This document shows positions 21,001 through 24,444 of a stretch of 64,000 nucleotides of DNA, in pieces (position 1 is the first letter of the stretch; each line of letters begins with the position of its first letter). Source of the DNA: Candidatus Omnitrophota bacterium (GTDB taxonomy: Bacteria; Omnitrophota; Gorgyraeia; Gygaellales; Profunditerraquicolaceae); assembly GCA_028712505.1 (NCBI GenBank), contig JAQTQC010000005.1:7051-71050 (forward strand), in the 5' to 3' direction. The translations under genes and the position numbers were made by a program. Below the pieces are notes generated by a model. It had not been told where the DNA came from and searched no databases. It saw only the letters and a program-made list of their open reading frames with translations.

Positions 21001-22169
21001 GGGGAGAAGGTTCATATTCAATTGTTTGTTCTGAGCCGACCTTGGGGACTATTGATGGCATAACCATAGAAATCGTAAACGCGGATTTGGAAGATATCAA
21101 TAGTGCTGCAGTTGTCTCGATGTCCCAGTTGTCCAATATCGATACCGATGATATGAAGAGTTTGTCTACGAGTATAGGCGTGGTCAGCTCAAGCATCGAG
21201 AAGATCGTCGGTACAATGACTGACCTGGGTTCGATGAGTACTCAGATTTCCGCATTGACCAATGACATCCAGAAGACTGTTTTTGACCAGCTTTCTGTTG
21301 CTTCCGAAAAGATGAGAGAGATAGCTAAGCAGCAAAACGTCAAGATAGACAAGATGATCGATGTGTCTGAGAAGGGTCGGGAAGATGTGGATTATCTTAA
21401 GAAGAAGACTTTGGAGATCAAGGCTACAGCCGAGCTTACCAATGACATAATCACCAGGACAAATGATAAGCCGATAACTAAATCGTGGCTTGAGCCGGGA
21501 AGTATTTTAATGAACGCAGTTGTGGTTAATCCTTCCACCACCAAGAGTCAGACTGCCATGCTTAAAGCTTATCTGCCTGTGGAGAGCAAGCCTGAGGACA
21601 TAGTGGATTTAGGCGATCTTTCTGTAAGTTATGATGTCCAGGAAAATCTTTATTACGTATATAAAGAATTTACCCTTGGCCCTGGTGAAATGGCTAAGCG
21701 TCAGATAGAACTTAAAGATGTGTGGGTAATCCCTGAAAGCGAACTAAACGCGAATATAGAAAGAATAAATGAGATGCTTCAGGATCTTAAGGGGAGCACT
21801 TTCTATAATAGGGCTATGGTTATAAAAGATACTATTCAAACAAGGGTAGCTCAGATCCTGGATGCGCAGAAAAAAGCTATCGATGCCTTGCCTGATGTTC
21901 ATATCGCAGCTTACAGGGCGAATATGAAGATATTAAATACCATCAAAGAAGACTTGGCTAAAGTTGAGGCTATGCTTCTTCAGGCTAAGCCAGCTGTTGG
22001 TTTGGCGTTCAATAAGGTCTTTGTTAAAACCAGCTGGTGGATAATTTTGCTGGTAGTCATTTTCTTGGGTGTACTTTCGTTCGGACTTTTTATCATCTGG
22101 CATAAACAGGCCAAGGCGGCTTTGCTTGAGAAGAAGGCGGATAAGACTGATGAGCCGATAGGTCAATAG
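1..22169 (+). CDS. giant repetitive, tail-anchored cell-surface protein (5'-partial; >7,388 codons inside window)
   Basis: One open frame runs from window position 3 to TAG at 22167-22169. There is no in-frame stop upstream of the GTG at 75, and the upstream in-frame peptide (..SYYSFTTKKATGEVRDQNAQ) looks like the end of another module, so the gene continues 5' of the window. The translation is periodic: LVIVD-type repeats; about 42 modules containing NYTFNFT..H.[IV]P.GG[KY]V.I.FD.DY and ending in [KRI]NP.YVQTT; nine I[TS]SP..G..W..G....I.W..G repeats; an Ala/Glu/Lys/Ile-rich coiled coil; and a C-terminal hydrophobic helix WWIILLVVIFLGVLSFGLFIIW followed by a basic tail. A 22-kb frame with no stop cannot arise by chance. 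Confidence 0.85.
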   Translation, partial: AKLTSYYSFTTKKATGEVRDQNAQVAKNTIVAGSLTNLSATSSITEVSERIESSPYLTLNFTLAHQLPIGGYVKISFDTDYVFPTDTFCVTNDYNLYSDDSTKIMYLQRVSSPVAVGATSIQLANIKNPAYVQTTGNFSITTELSSHDPIDTGSAGGIGIVAGSLTNASVAPVSDIVSEFTSYTVNFTNDHMIAAGSKVAITFDADYGFKLLGRYACVASLADSSLTLMDISNPASPVLKSEISDEAGGFNKLAGAKSVYVSGSYLYAASSIDNSLTIIDISNPASPVLKSEIYDETAGFTKLAGAQSVFVLGNYAYVASSTDNALTIIDISNPASPVLKAEITDGSGGFTKLAGAKSVFVSGNYAYVASSTDNALTIIDISNPASPVLKAEITDGSGGFTKLAGAKSVFVLGNYAYVASSTDNALTIIDISNPASPVLKAEVYDGDGEFNRLAGIESVYVSGNYAYITSSTDNSLTIMDISDPANPVLKSEVYDGDGEFNRLAGAYSVYVSGNYAFVVSSADSSLTIIDVTNPMNPALKSEAYNEDGQFNKLGAPFAVFVYGNQVVPGNAGATVAASGSVLNVTLGSPIGANEAVSLQLDNIRNPYYVQTPDVFQVQTKNSAGGVVDQNLSVASVPVTKGAFTGLSVTAADREISKSDNYTFTLTYSHPVPKDGYLKIEFDSDYDLSSAYLVSPTDRYTYLWSSGWNYIELKLKEGIIADTSDTIVLGSVKNPSFVQQTSEHRFTTLSTDATGNAVIDQSNLTGLIIIGGKLTGVSVSAANNIVTETTNYTINLTTKNPMSLNPSIKVSFDPDYNVSGAAFVSGTVDGVAMVTQNPALTIDTNNNVVTLNLAMDITNSTAAVSFVLSGIVNPGYEQTAAFDITTQYGGNDIDITDPAAKPSVAIAAGTITSASVTPATTEVSESGNYVFNFTLPHALATGSFLRIQFDPDYVLTNTNCQTSGYSLSKGLDYILLQRTGAQLTGAQSLTLGNVKNPSFVQTTSNFIIKTEDSGNNKIDGAEVSGVTTTTGALTGLSLTPLDYTVANTTAYNIAFTTDHAIVQNGKIEVTFDSDYALTGVGSADVSGNPGSTVAVSGNKLTITLGTAIAAATPVSLQVANIVNPVYVKTTNSFAFRTMDAAAGLLDQGTASGVTTVAGTFTASSVTSTYYTTGKTDVSYTFNFTYAHNVPLDGFLRIDFDPDYDVASVAVAHANYTKQEAGANYVILKLLAAKPKGTVESITLSNIKNPGYAQTVTFDIKSMNTTGSVIDTVTTPSINIVPAALTALSRSSNTYIATESASYTIGFTTVNAIPAGGKVEITFDPDYVLTSVASGNVSGNSGSTVAVSGNTLIVTLGTNIPALTASSLVISNIKNPGAQSTGSFSLLTKNVSGYSIDQGTVSGVTIITGSLSGLSTVPVHTKVSYSTNYTFGFTVAHSVPVGGFIKIQFDSEYDLSSAFVVGDYTISKVDNYIYLQRNVSALSGAVTVELRSIKNPAYVQSTDTFVITTELSNHDPIDVGSAPSIVTTAGTLTATSVAPATTVVAENTAYTLNFTTEHAIAVGGKVEITFDPDCDLSLVFPGDVSGNSDSTVAVSGNKLIVTLGEALDAGVSETLVISNIKNPPYVKETNTFFVQTKNPSGGVIDEVTAASITTSTGVLGSPVITPASLVSGATTSYSFKFTPAHAVPLNGYLRIDFDSSYDLASPGAVVMSSTTACDITLRGAGYLLIKFSSSGLSAGVEQTVGIANVVNPPNVKSLEFTLTTKDASLYDIDTVKISGISTTAGSLSSSSLTANTYVVSEYATYTAVFTTANPIAVGGKVEINFDTDYVLSSVESTGVSGNPGSTVAVSGSKLVVAIGTAIAKNTPVSLAIANIKNPVYVQATDSFLIQTKTVDDAIIDTATATSINITAGALSGLSVSATSKKISDITSYTFNFTAQHVIPADGFIRIQFDSNYLLGSAYLDTASFYSLDRGSDYLRFKTVAQINAGQAVSIPISTIANPSYVYTVSNFQVKTMIAVAATQQIMDSGEITGVTLTPGTLSDISVTAASAEVSALTNYTFAFKTENSIAAGTGKVAISLDSDYDLSAVESNNVSGNSGATVSVSGNTLSITLGTAIAAKESVSLTVSNIKNPSYVQTTGSVTISSKVQINSVDYDKDGGILASGPAITSGDFTNVSISATSQIAGEDSIYTFGFTPGHNVSAGGFIYIGFETGYDVSGAYLTGSTGSGEYAVASLTSTQVVLNVTAAIAKGEAQTISLGGVVNPQFVKDVICTLKSANASSGIIDESDTPSLSITPAPLAVLSISGASYVAQDVTSYTIAFTTVNPIDQNGEVEVEFDADYDLSAVQPGNVTGNSGSSVSVSGSKLIINLGTAVASGEQVSLVVSNIKNPGVQTTGSFNLVTRNSSGNYLDYGGVAGTAITAGSLSGLSATPGTTEIDESTSYTFNLTLGHSVPTNGYVRVQFDNNYVLTNATVVTSGYSLTKGTNYVLLKRTGSALSGAISIQLNSIINPSYVSNTLAGFAIQTQLSNNQVIDTGTAGAITTTAGALSAVTAVPASLGVSTLTSYTFNFTTDHAIPSGGKVLITFDSDYNLTSVQEGNVSGVADSVVAVSGNVLTVTLGQAIAAKTSASLVISNIRNPSYVQTTNNFALESRNSSNALIDQGTAGGVTTVTGIVTISSITASTYVAGSTNAQYTFNFAPTNAVAAGGYLRVDFDVTDSAYNASSAIVSAGGSTFVIPQGGANKNYVNLTFTQNVDAGSPLSLQLSGIVNPVYAKNVTFRLTTNISTGEKIDTSDYGPVVITPAPLVGTSLIMGSTTALDISRHTFSFTTVNAIDVGGKVEITFDSDYVLTGVGSGNVSGNSGSTVAVSGSKLIVTLGTAVSSASEVVLAIDNIKNPGAQTTDAYAIVTKNSGGYQLDQGSVAGKTITAGVLTVLSADATTYEVAESANYTINFTLAHNIPINGYVRVQFDDNYTLTNATVATSGYALTGTGSNYLLLRTGSERSGAISIQLNSIINPSYVSNTLAGFAIQTQLSNNQVIDTGTAGAITTTAGALSAVTAVPASLGVSTLTSYTFNFTTDHAIPSGGKVLITFDSDYNLTSVQEGNVSGVADSVVAVSGNVLTVTLGQAIAAKTSASLVISNIRNPSYVQTTNNFALESRNSSNALIDQGTAGGVTTTAGTLTSVSGAAVNYAAGAETQYTFNFMPANDVVTGGYVKIEFNSEYNITGAYLISPSAKYSISTKTNNIIVLNVLADALASSSQSISIGGIVNPGREKTGIKFTVTTLTSNSANIDTAQSAAINITAGVLTSSSATASTYTTYDLASYTFNFTTANALDVGGKVEITFDADYDVSAAVFTYGNDNSTLSVSGRVVTITLGTAIAKQESVTLTISEIRNPGVQSTDSYAIVTKDSSATRVDTGTISGKVITGGGMSATSVTAGSTQPAVTTNYTFAFTPDHIIPTGGYIRVTFDSDYVLDYVSVQTAGYAASTGPGYVLLTNTSGGNLSGARSIVLLNVKNPASVKEPTGNFYITTMTSNQDTIDTATLTGITMTPSPITVSSISTVSAEVSALTSYTVKITPIHTIPIGGKVLITFDSDYNLSNIGSGDVLGNSSTASVSGNILSVTLGEMASQGNVLTLVISDVQNPSYVQTTGVFSVVTKDASGYKLDSGDIAGISITEGQLTNLSATPANTTLDTITSYLFQFTPEHTIPLNGYVKITFDSDFDLTGAYSGTGSYSIVSLESGYILLKALAEKSTAQSLQILNVKNPSYVQTTDAFSITTQDANQKNIDVGNASGITTTAGVLSAGSVSQTSTQAGTTTSYTFNFTTIHAVAAGGKVEITFDSDYILTSVTAYNVSGIANSTVAVSGNKLIVTTGTAVSAGAQVALTISNIKNPAYVQTTSAFAIDTKNVSGGLLDSGTIPGINITAGSLSSVSATPVSTEAAKSTDYTFNFTTEHSLPADGYVQIEFDPAYDLSTSVVLTSGYALVTRGSNYLKLQTSEIRSGSISIVLRNIVNPPYVATSSAFTVITQTSTGDTVDMGTCSGITTTPAALTSASASAALTEVSSQGDYTFIVTPQHDIPIGGRIRITFDNDYTLTNVVSGNVACSGGNATVSVSSKTLIITLGYELVGGTEESIVISNIKNPSFAQTTNNFTIVTRDDQDRTIDQGAASGVVITAGALTAISVTADSLVAGYTSVYTFNFTPAHAVNSGGYVVIDFDSAYNAASGYVVSPLSTFSLSSRSANRITLSALETLPAATAQSVTIGSIVNPGSVKQVTFTISTQNSTQNNIDTAVSPAISTQAAPMTAVSVNAVSKIALDSTSYTFVFTTVNSIEAGGKIEFTFDSEYDLTQATYASGLIGGSTALGATLAVSGSKLILTTTTAISTQAGVSVVFANIKNPGVQTVDNFAILTRNLNNNELDQGTATGVAITAGSLTGLSVTAGSTEIGATSTYSFGFTVAHTVPVNGYVKISFDSDYSFANANVLSEAYVITDKQSNFILLRRSAQLIGANTLQLGNIVNPSYVQATDPFVITTQLSDNKIIDTGTTLSVNITPGSLTQLSASAVNPLISAVSSYSFSFKTTHAVEAGGKVVITFDDDYDLSLVSIGSQDISGSGTPAIESKEGKKLNIVLSTGVSASATVSLSISNITNPRYVQTTSSFVFQTRTVSGAAIDEGLSGGITTTAGTLTGINIASGSAIAGARTDYTFTFTPAHSVEANGYLRIDLNSQYNAGISYVMSPTALFEISDKAANYITVKALSALTAGTSYSVRLGNIDNPGRSMDVTFTLTTKTASSANIDTGISSSMHITPAPMQSASISSSSLIATETATYTLNFVPVNTIDDGGRVEITFDSDYVLTGVNSVTGFDASIAVSGSVLIITLNTQLEAGEACSFIIPNIKNPGAQTTDAFSLVTKDSTGTSLDEGTIASKVIQAGALGSLSVSADSYEVMGTSESATYTFNFTCVHAIPANGYIRIGFDTDYSLDNVVNLSSGYLISSKGAGYLLIRTTQERSGACSIQLSGIRNPSYVQTTDNFTIATQLATQQNIDTGTIGGITTTTGSLTGLTVSTTNSKIAESAVYTFNFTADHAVAVGGKVAITFDADYDLTAVTSTSVSGNSGSTVSVSGHDLIITLGEQIFAAGNVSLAVSNIVNPAYVQTSDAFVIKTKNPEDGLIDTGNASGVTLEPGVLGNVNVSSNDLQVNAQSIYTFVFTPAHPIPANGYIKIDLDNDYDISGAYLYLVSGYSFEKNTSDVYFTLQANSAKPAGTPLTISIAGIINPPYSQTTDSFMINTQAANQSGIDSGLANGVEITAGQLSGVSVVSAGNNYVVGNQVNYTVAFTTVNPIGVGGQVKVTFDADYGFALNGAVSGNAGATAAVNANVVTVTLGTAVAANQAVSLTLGTFTNPGYVQKTDEFLIKTFDSAGYALDSGKTLGKDITTGALTSLSVNSSSASVLNADTKLTFSFNAPHVIPLDGFIKINLDSDYSVVSPYIKSSSGASLTLLTEAGSQAGYLLFKLNSAASGAISVEVGGITNPSYEQTTQNFVITTMYTGEEGIDTGTIPGLVVNSGSLVISSVACLDNYAGATTTYTVNFAAVHAIAVTSKIEIVFDSNYNLAGAELSSPSGSLTVSGSTLSISLEAEAAASSNVSLNIAGIVNPGYSQTTDNFKVTIKDVGGNTVDKGEGSGIAILPARIEFITPAAGDIYSVGDSKIIKWQVTGGDISRTSSHWSVQFASDTNFTSPITVHEGLASVDANSNLYFTLSVDVSMLSENAYLRVTCIDNSYTDVTTTSGRFSIRPVAGFIGYISPASSSAKWAIGSSSTIEWSTQGATSNNFKIEYFAKNIWTTIYEEGVTGSALVIKSAGDHWYEDKWSYSWAIPEAANLPDTGVQVRVTNIDNNIITGTTEAFEIATAYIEITSPAEGSTWVRNETNNITWEGQGESGTNFSIQYVDSTNAVTVDIYSGTIERTLSEGKWLYSYSWLVGIDLEPTDTAVITITNLDNNKIVDTSSVFSVNASGKLEITAPVEGGRWVAGARYTIKWNSEGQALSSSSLRITYTADGISETLITNSTSNTGSKDFTCPSTTLNNVKIRLRQINGDVTAESGAFNIVAVPSLQFVSPAANDNWVASFTKEIKWSGVGEGLTKDLVIKYSTDGGSTYANTIFNYTTDSFDEKISAVTTGTVTNYTLSWVVPVNYSSNVKIKIEDMGIMRLVSGSYTPLSLVSGKFSITAPLATIVQPAGGEEWISGTEHDIIWSETGSLGKDIKISYSVDGGATYPYVIFQNSSGDSTVYANYITVADNLFSYKWVVPNTISAQCRIKVEGLSNSGNGTSLANFSIKLPSITITSPVATDLWAIYDSSRIITWNTVGNVSEHLKIEYFKDESTSKVILEDTNGPMTSYSWDVTEDFIDYVSPSGWIKITDLNSESTFAQKVTAVSEQFELSLPGFDIDVPAVPLITGSSYTITWQGVGAYSACSSESGNTVRLEYGVGDNPTWVTIATSTQNDGSYENWTVPDRHSSDVKFRITNNRYSFISTVSSAFKIMGSFSVTSPAAATKLFVGKEQMIEWSTNGTINKVNLYYSKNGGSTWTTLASNTTNNGFYVWIIPDAVLIDRSPNPNIYFKIEDATDAAVYASRQLTISYYKVTWNVIDADGLVGDLDGLSVNTLDVSNDNAVWEDRTGLSCSASIRNAGIDADDIVLYYYPGHLYQTTWSRDAYLDATVQPSPWTADADGKEFTVTLATMLVTKTRTVYSSVTYDASADTLSIQCWLQEEEKLLTEIAGLQGALVIIYDDEDNEIKTFEYTAAQADASGVFWTKWVNPGLQRNKSYFARFRIQFEGAFHYGGKTFEISSASQIDDIAESVSAGVVAITSAIAESSQEIKEKIEETATETQTKVAQAVSTAQASIEGTVTVIGEENKAAIGSASAAIREKVGKESSSRILNGEAFIKSGNKLKIRYQTDSKLAPEIDVYDPKNIQRITKGVMTEVGDTGVYEYEVNFLSGWGEGSYSIVCSEPTLGTIDGITIEIVNADLEDINSAAVVSMSQLSNIDTDDMKSLSTSIGVVSSSIEKIVGTMTDLGSMSTQISALTNDIQKTVFDQLSVASEKMREIAKQQNVKIDKMIDVSEKGREDVDYLKKKTLEIKATAELTNDIITRTNDKPITKSWLEPGSILMNAVVVNPSTTKSQTAMLKAYLPVESKPEDIVDLGDLSVSYDVQENLYYVYKEFTLGPGEMAKRQIELKDVWVIPESELNANIERINEMLQDLKGSTFYNRAMVIKDTIQTRVAQILDAQKKAIDALPDVHIAAYRANMKILNTIKEDLAKVEAMLLQAKPAVGLAFNKVFVKTSWWIILLVVIFLGVLSFGLFIIWHKQAKAALLEKKADKTDEPIGQ
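640..1700 (+). repeat. array of ~7 LVIVD-type beta-propeller repeats (~50 aa / 150 bp each) inside the giant gene
   Basis: Repeated peptide G(N/S)YAYVASSTDNALTIIDISNPASPVLKAEI.DG.GGF.KLAGAKSV.V matches the LVIVD repeat consensus found in archaeal and bacterial surface proteins. Confidence 0.7.
991..1290 (+). repeat. two tandem 150-bp units, 149/150 identical (single c/t difference at 1087 vs 1237), flanked by further partial copies (935-990, 1291-1328)
   Basis: Direct comparison of 991-1140 with 1141-1290 in the sequence. Confidence 0.9.
7491..8008 (+). repeat. copy A of an exact 518-bp intragenic direct repeat (one full module)
   Basis: 100% identical to 9012-9529 (offset 1521 bp), checked line by line. 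Identity breaks at 8009 (t) vs 9530 (a). Confidence 0.9.
9012..9529 (+). repeat. copy B of the exact 518-bp intragenic direct repeat
   Basis: Identical to 7491-8008. Encodes the same 172 aa (SGAISIQLNSIINPSYVSNTLAGFAIQTQ...DQGTAGGVTT). Confidence 0.9.
17070..19830 (+). repeat. nine ~95-110-aa Trp-containing repeats (I[TS]SP..G..W..G....I.W...G), KNH/Kre9 (GPI-anchored-family)-like
   Basis: Peptides IEFITPAAGDIYSVGDSKIIKWQVTG, YIEITSPAEGSTWVRNETNNITWEGQG, KLEITAPVEGGRWVAGARYTIKWNSEG, SLQFVSPAANDNWVASFTKEIKWSGVG, SITITSPVATDLWAIYDSSRIITWNTVG and others. Confidence 0.6.
22032..22100 (+). other. C-terminal transmembrane anchor of the giant protein (tail anchor), followed by a Lys-rich 24-aa tail
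   Basis: Hydrophobic stretch of about 22 residues WWIILLVVIFLGVLSFGLFIIW, then HKQAKAALLEKKADKTDEPIGQ. Confidence 0.6.
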
Positions 22170-22317
22170 GAGAGAAGTTTGATTGCCTGAGTAAAGGCAA
22201 GTAAGTGTTTTAGTTTCTTAGGGGGTGTTCCGGACAGAGGGGCAGCCCCTATTTAATGTATTTTGTCTAGACCCATAAATTCGGCAGGATTGCGTCAAAA
22301 TAAAATATCTTCTGTTC

Positions 22318-22346
22318 TTGATTTAAAATTTCTAATGTGGTAAAAT
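22318..22346 (+). promoter_or_regulatory. candidate sigma70-type promoter (TTGATT-17-TGgTAAAAT) ending 4 nt before the ATG at 22350, implying a leaderless or near-leaderless mRNA
   Basis: -35 TTGATT at 22318-22323, 17-nt spacer, extended -10 TGGTAAAAT at 22338-22346. Confidence 0.3.
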
Positions 22347-22349
22347 TTT

Positions 22350-23126
22350 ATGATGAAATCCTGGGTTAGCTGGGTGTTATTGAGTTTATTCTTATTGTAT
22401 CCTTTAGAGGCTCCTGGCGCAGATGTTTCCTGGAATAATGTAGAAAAAAGCAAACATTTCCTTATTTATTTTCAGGATGCTCCTGCTGAATATATCAACC
22501 GCCTGGTGCGGGAGGCAGAACGCTCTTACAAGAATATTACCGAGTACCTGGGTTTTGTGAGGTTTGATTTCTGGATCTGGGATAACCGCTGTAAGATTTT
22601 CCTCTATCCCGACGCCGATACCTATCTGAAAACTACCGGAGTTATCGGCTGGTCAAGAGGGCATGTCCAGGTAGTAACAAAAGAGATCAGTACTTATATC
22701 TGGCAGGAAATGTTTTTTGATACGATTCTTCCTCATGAGATCGGGCATATCATCTTCAGGGAATTTGTCGGCTACAGCAAGGTGTTACCTCTCTGGCTTG
22801 ATGAGGGGGTGGCTTGCATGCAGGAGTATGAGAGCAATGAGCGTTTGGCCACCGCTAAATGCCTGGTGAACTTGAAATTATACACGCATTTGGATGATTT
22901 ATCCAAGATTCAGGATTCCGGGGTTATTATACCTTTTATTTTTTATAATGAATCTGCCAGCCTGGTGGATTTTCTCCTGAGGAGATATGGCAGGGGTAAA
23001 TTTGTTGATTTCTGTCGTTCTCTGCGTGATGAGCCTGATTGGAAACAGTCTCTCAGAGGTGTCTATAGATTAAAGAATCTGGATGAACTGGAAAGAAACT
23101 GGGTTATGGACTTAACTGAAAATTAA
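22350..23126 (+). CDS. secreted zinc metallopeptidase, peptidase-MA-like (HEIGH ... WLDEG)
   Basis: N-terminal signal-like segment MMKSWVSWVLLSLFLLYPLEAPGA. HExxH motif HEIGHIIF followed by WLDEGVA, as in Peptidase_MA_2 family proteins. Confidence 0.55.
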   Translation: MMKSWVSWVLLSLFLLYPLEAPGADVSWNNVEKSKHFLIYFQDAPAEYINRLVREAERSYKNITEYLGFVRFDFWIWDNRCKIFLYPDADTYLKTTGVIGWSRGHVQVVTKEISTYIWQEMFFDTILPHEIGHIIFREFVGYSKVLPLWLDEGVACMQEYESNERLATAKCLVNLKLYTHLDDLSKIQDSGVIIPFIFYNESASLVDFLLRRYGRGKFVDFCRSLRDEPDWKQSLRGVYRLKNLDELERNWVMDLTEN

Positions 23127-23144
23127 AGTTGGAGGATTGAATTA

Positions 23145-24059
23145 ATGAGGAATGAGGTAAAAGCCCGTGAATTTAATGTCTTAATTGTTGAGGACGATGA
23201 TAGAACATTTAAAGTTATCAGCGATGGGCTGACGGTTAACCCTGAATATAAGCTGCACCGGGTAACTACCGGGCAGGAAGCGATCAACCTGGCTAAAGAG
23301 GGTTATTTTGTCGCTATTATAACTGAGATGCAGATCGGTGATATGAACGGGATAGAATTAGTCCGCCGGCTTAAGAAAATAGACCAACGAATTAATATTA
23401 TCGGCCTGACTGTCTATGCCTTTGTTAATTTAGGCGTAGAGGCAATGAAGGAAGGGCTTTATGCGTATCTGATGAAGCCGTTAAATACCGAAGAACTGAA
23501 TTTAGTTTTAAGGCGGGCCATCGAAAATACATTTCTTTTGATCCAGGCAGGCCAGAGGAAGTATTATCAGGATATTGCGACAATGGATGGCTTGACCGGT
23601 GTTTATAACCATCGGCATTTCCATGAAATGCTGGATTGGAATATCTCGCATTTAAACCGTTCCCCCCAGGCATTTTCAATATTCATCATTGATATCGATG
23701 ATTTCAAAAAATACAATGATACAAAAGGTCATGTAGAAGGGGACAAGGTATTGCATAACTTCGCGCAGTTATTAGTCAGCTCCACCCGGGATAATGACAT
23801 GGTTTTCCGATACGGAGGAGAAGAGTTCGCTGTAATTTTATCTCAGACAGATCAGTTGAGTGCCCAAAAAGCGGGTGATAGGCTTTTGGCAATAGTAAGA
23901 AGCAGGATGCCTGTGACTATGAGCGTAGGTTTAGCTAGTTTTCCGATGAACGCTCAAATTAAAAGCGATCTTGTTGTGCGCGCTGATAAGGCTCTTTACC
24001 GGGCTAAGAAAACAGGTAAAAACAGGCTGTGTACTTATGATGAGAAGATAGACATATGA
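23145..24059 (+). CDS. response-regulator receiver domain fused to a GGDEF diguanylate cyclase (intact GGEEF and RxxD I-site; Glu in place of the phospho-acceptor Asp)
   Basis: REC-like N-terminus (VLIVEDDD ... LTVYAF ... YLMKP) but FVAIITEMQIGDMNG where LLDLMMPGMDG is expected. C-terminus carries DGLTGVYNHRHF ... RDNDMVFRYGGEEFAVIL ... ALYRAKKTGKNR. RBS GGAGG upstream. The TGA stop overlaps the atpE ATG (ATGA at 24056-24059). Confidence 0.8.
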   Translation: MRNEVKAREFNVLIVEDDDRTFKVISDGLTVNPEYKLHRVTTGQEAINLAKEGYFVAIITEMQIGDMNGIELVRRLKKIDQRINIIGLTVYAFVNLGVEAMKEGLYAYLMKPLNTEELNLVLRRAIENTFLLIQAGQRKYYQDIATMDGLTGVYNHRHFHEMLDWNISHLNRSPQAFSIFIIDIDDFKKYNDTKGHVEGDKVLHNFAQLLVSSTRDNDMVFRYGGEEFAVILSQTDQLSAQKAGDRLLAIVRSRMPVTMSVGLASFPMNAQIKSDLVVRADKALYRAKKTGKNRLCTYDEKIDI

Positions 24060-24268
24060 AAAATCTAACTATTATCCTGATTATGTTGATCAGCACCTTA
24101 GGGCCCTCAGCTGTTATTGCAGCAGTGGGTTTTTCCGGGGTTAAGGCAATCGGAAGAAACCCGTCGGCAGCTCCTAAAATATTAATTTCCATGGTTTTGG
24201 CTTTTATTTTTGCCGAAGCTATAGCTGTAATCGGGCTTTTGGTGGTATATAACTTGTTTGGGCAGTAA
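24056..24268 (+). CDS. atpE: F-type ATP synthase subunit c (proteolipid), 70 aa
   Basis: Two-helix hairpin with the loop GRNPSAAP and the conserved carboxylate in helix 2 (IFAEAIAVIGLL). Confidence 0.8.
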   Translation: MKNLTIILIMLISTLGPSAVIAAVGFSGVKAIGRNPSAAPKILISMVLAFIFAEAIAVIGLLVVYNLFGQ

Positions 24269-24313
24269 ATAAATTCTTAAATTTGTATTCAGTGTTCCCT
24301 CGCTTATACGCTC

Positions 24314-24334
24314 GAAGATTTCTTTGAAATCTTC
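24314..24334 (+). promoter_or_regulatory. perfect 9-bp-stem hairpin GAAGATTTC-TTT-GAAATCTTC in the atpE-atpF spacer
   Basis: Exact palindrome read from the sequence. Candidate mRNA processing or stability element. Confidence 0.4.
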
Positions 24335-24384
24335 TTCGCAAGCTCGGGATTTCGCTAAATAAGAGCATAAGGTGCTCAAATTCG

Positions 24385-24423
24385 CACATTGACTTATGTT
24401 CACTTTGTTCCATAAGTCAAGTG
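24385..24423 (+). promoter_or_regulatory. second hairpin in the atpE-atpF spacer (core TTGACTTATG / CATAAGTCAA, 12-nt loop, CAC/GTG extension with one bulge)
   Basis: Inverted repeat at 24389-24398 and 24411-24420. Lies 22 nt upstream of the atpF RBS AGAGGAG. Confidence 0.4.
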
Positions 24424-24444
24424 CTCATTTAAAGAGGAGTTCAT

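Noticed and set aside
22170-22349. Possible ncRNA or tRNA in the 180-nt spacer after the giant gene
   Set aside because: No cloverleaf or T-loop motif. Only a weak GGGG-cag-CCCC hairpin (22239-22249), too short for a convincing intrinsic terminator, plus promoter-like hexamers.
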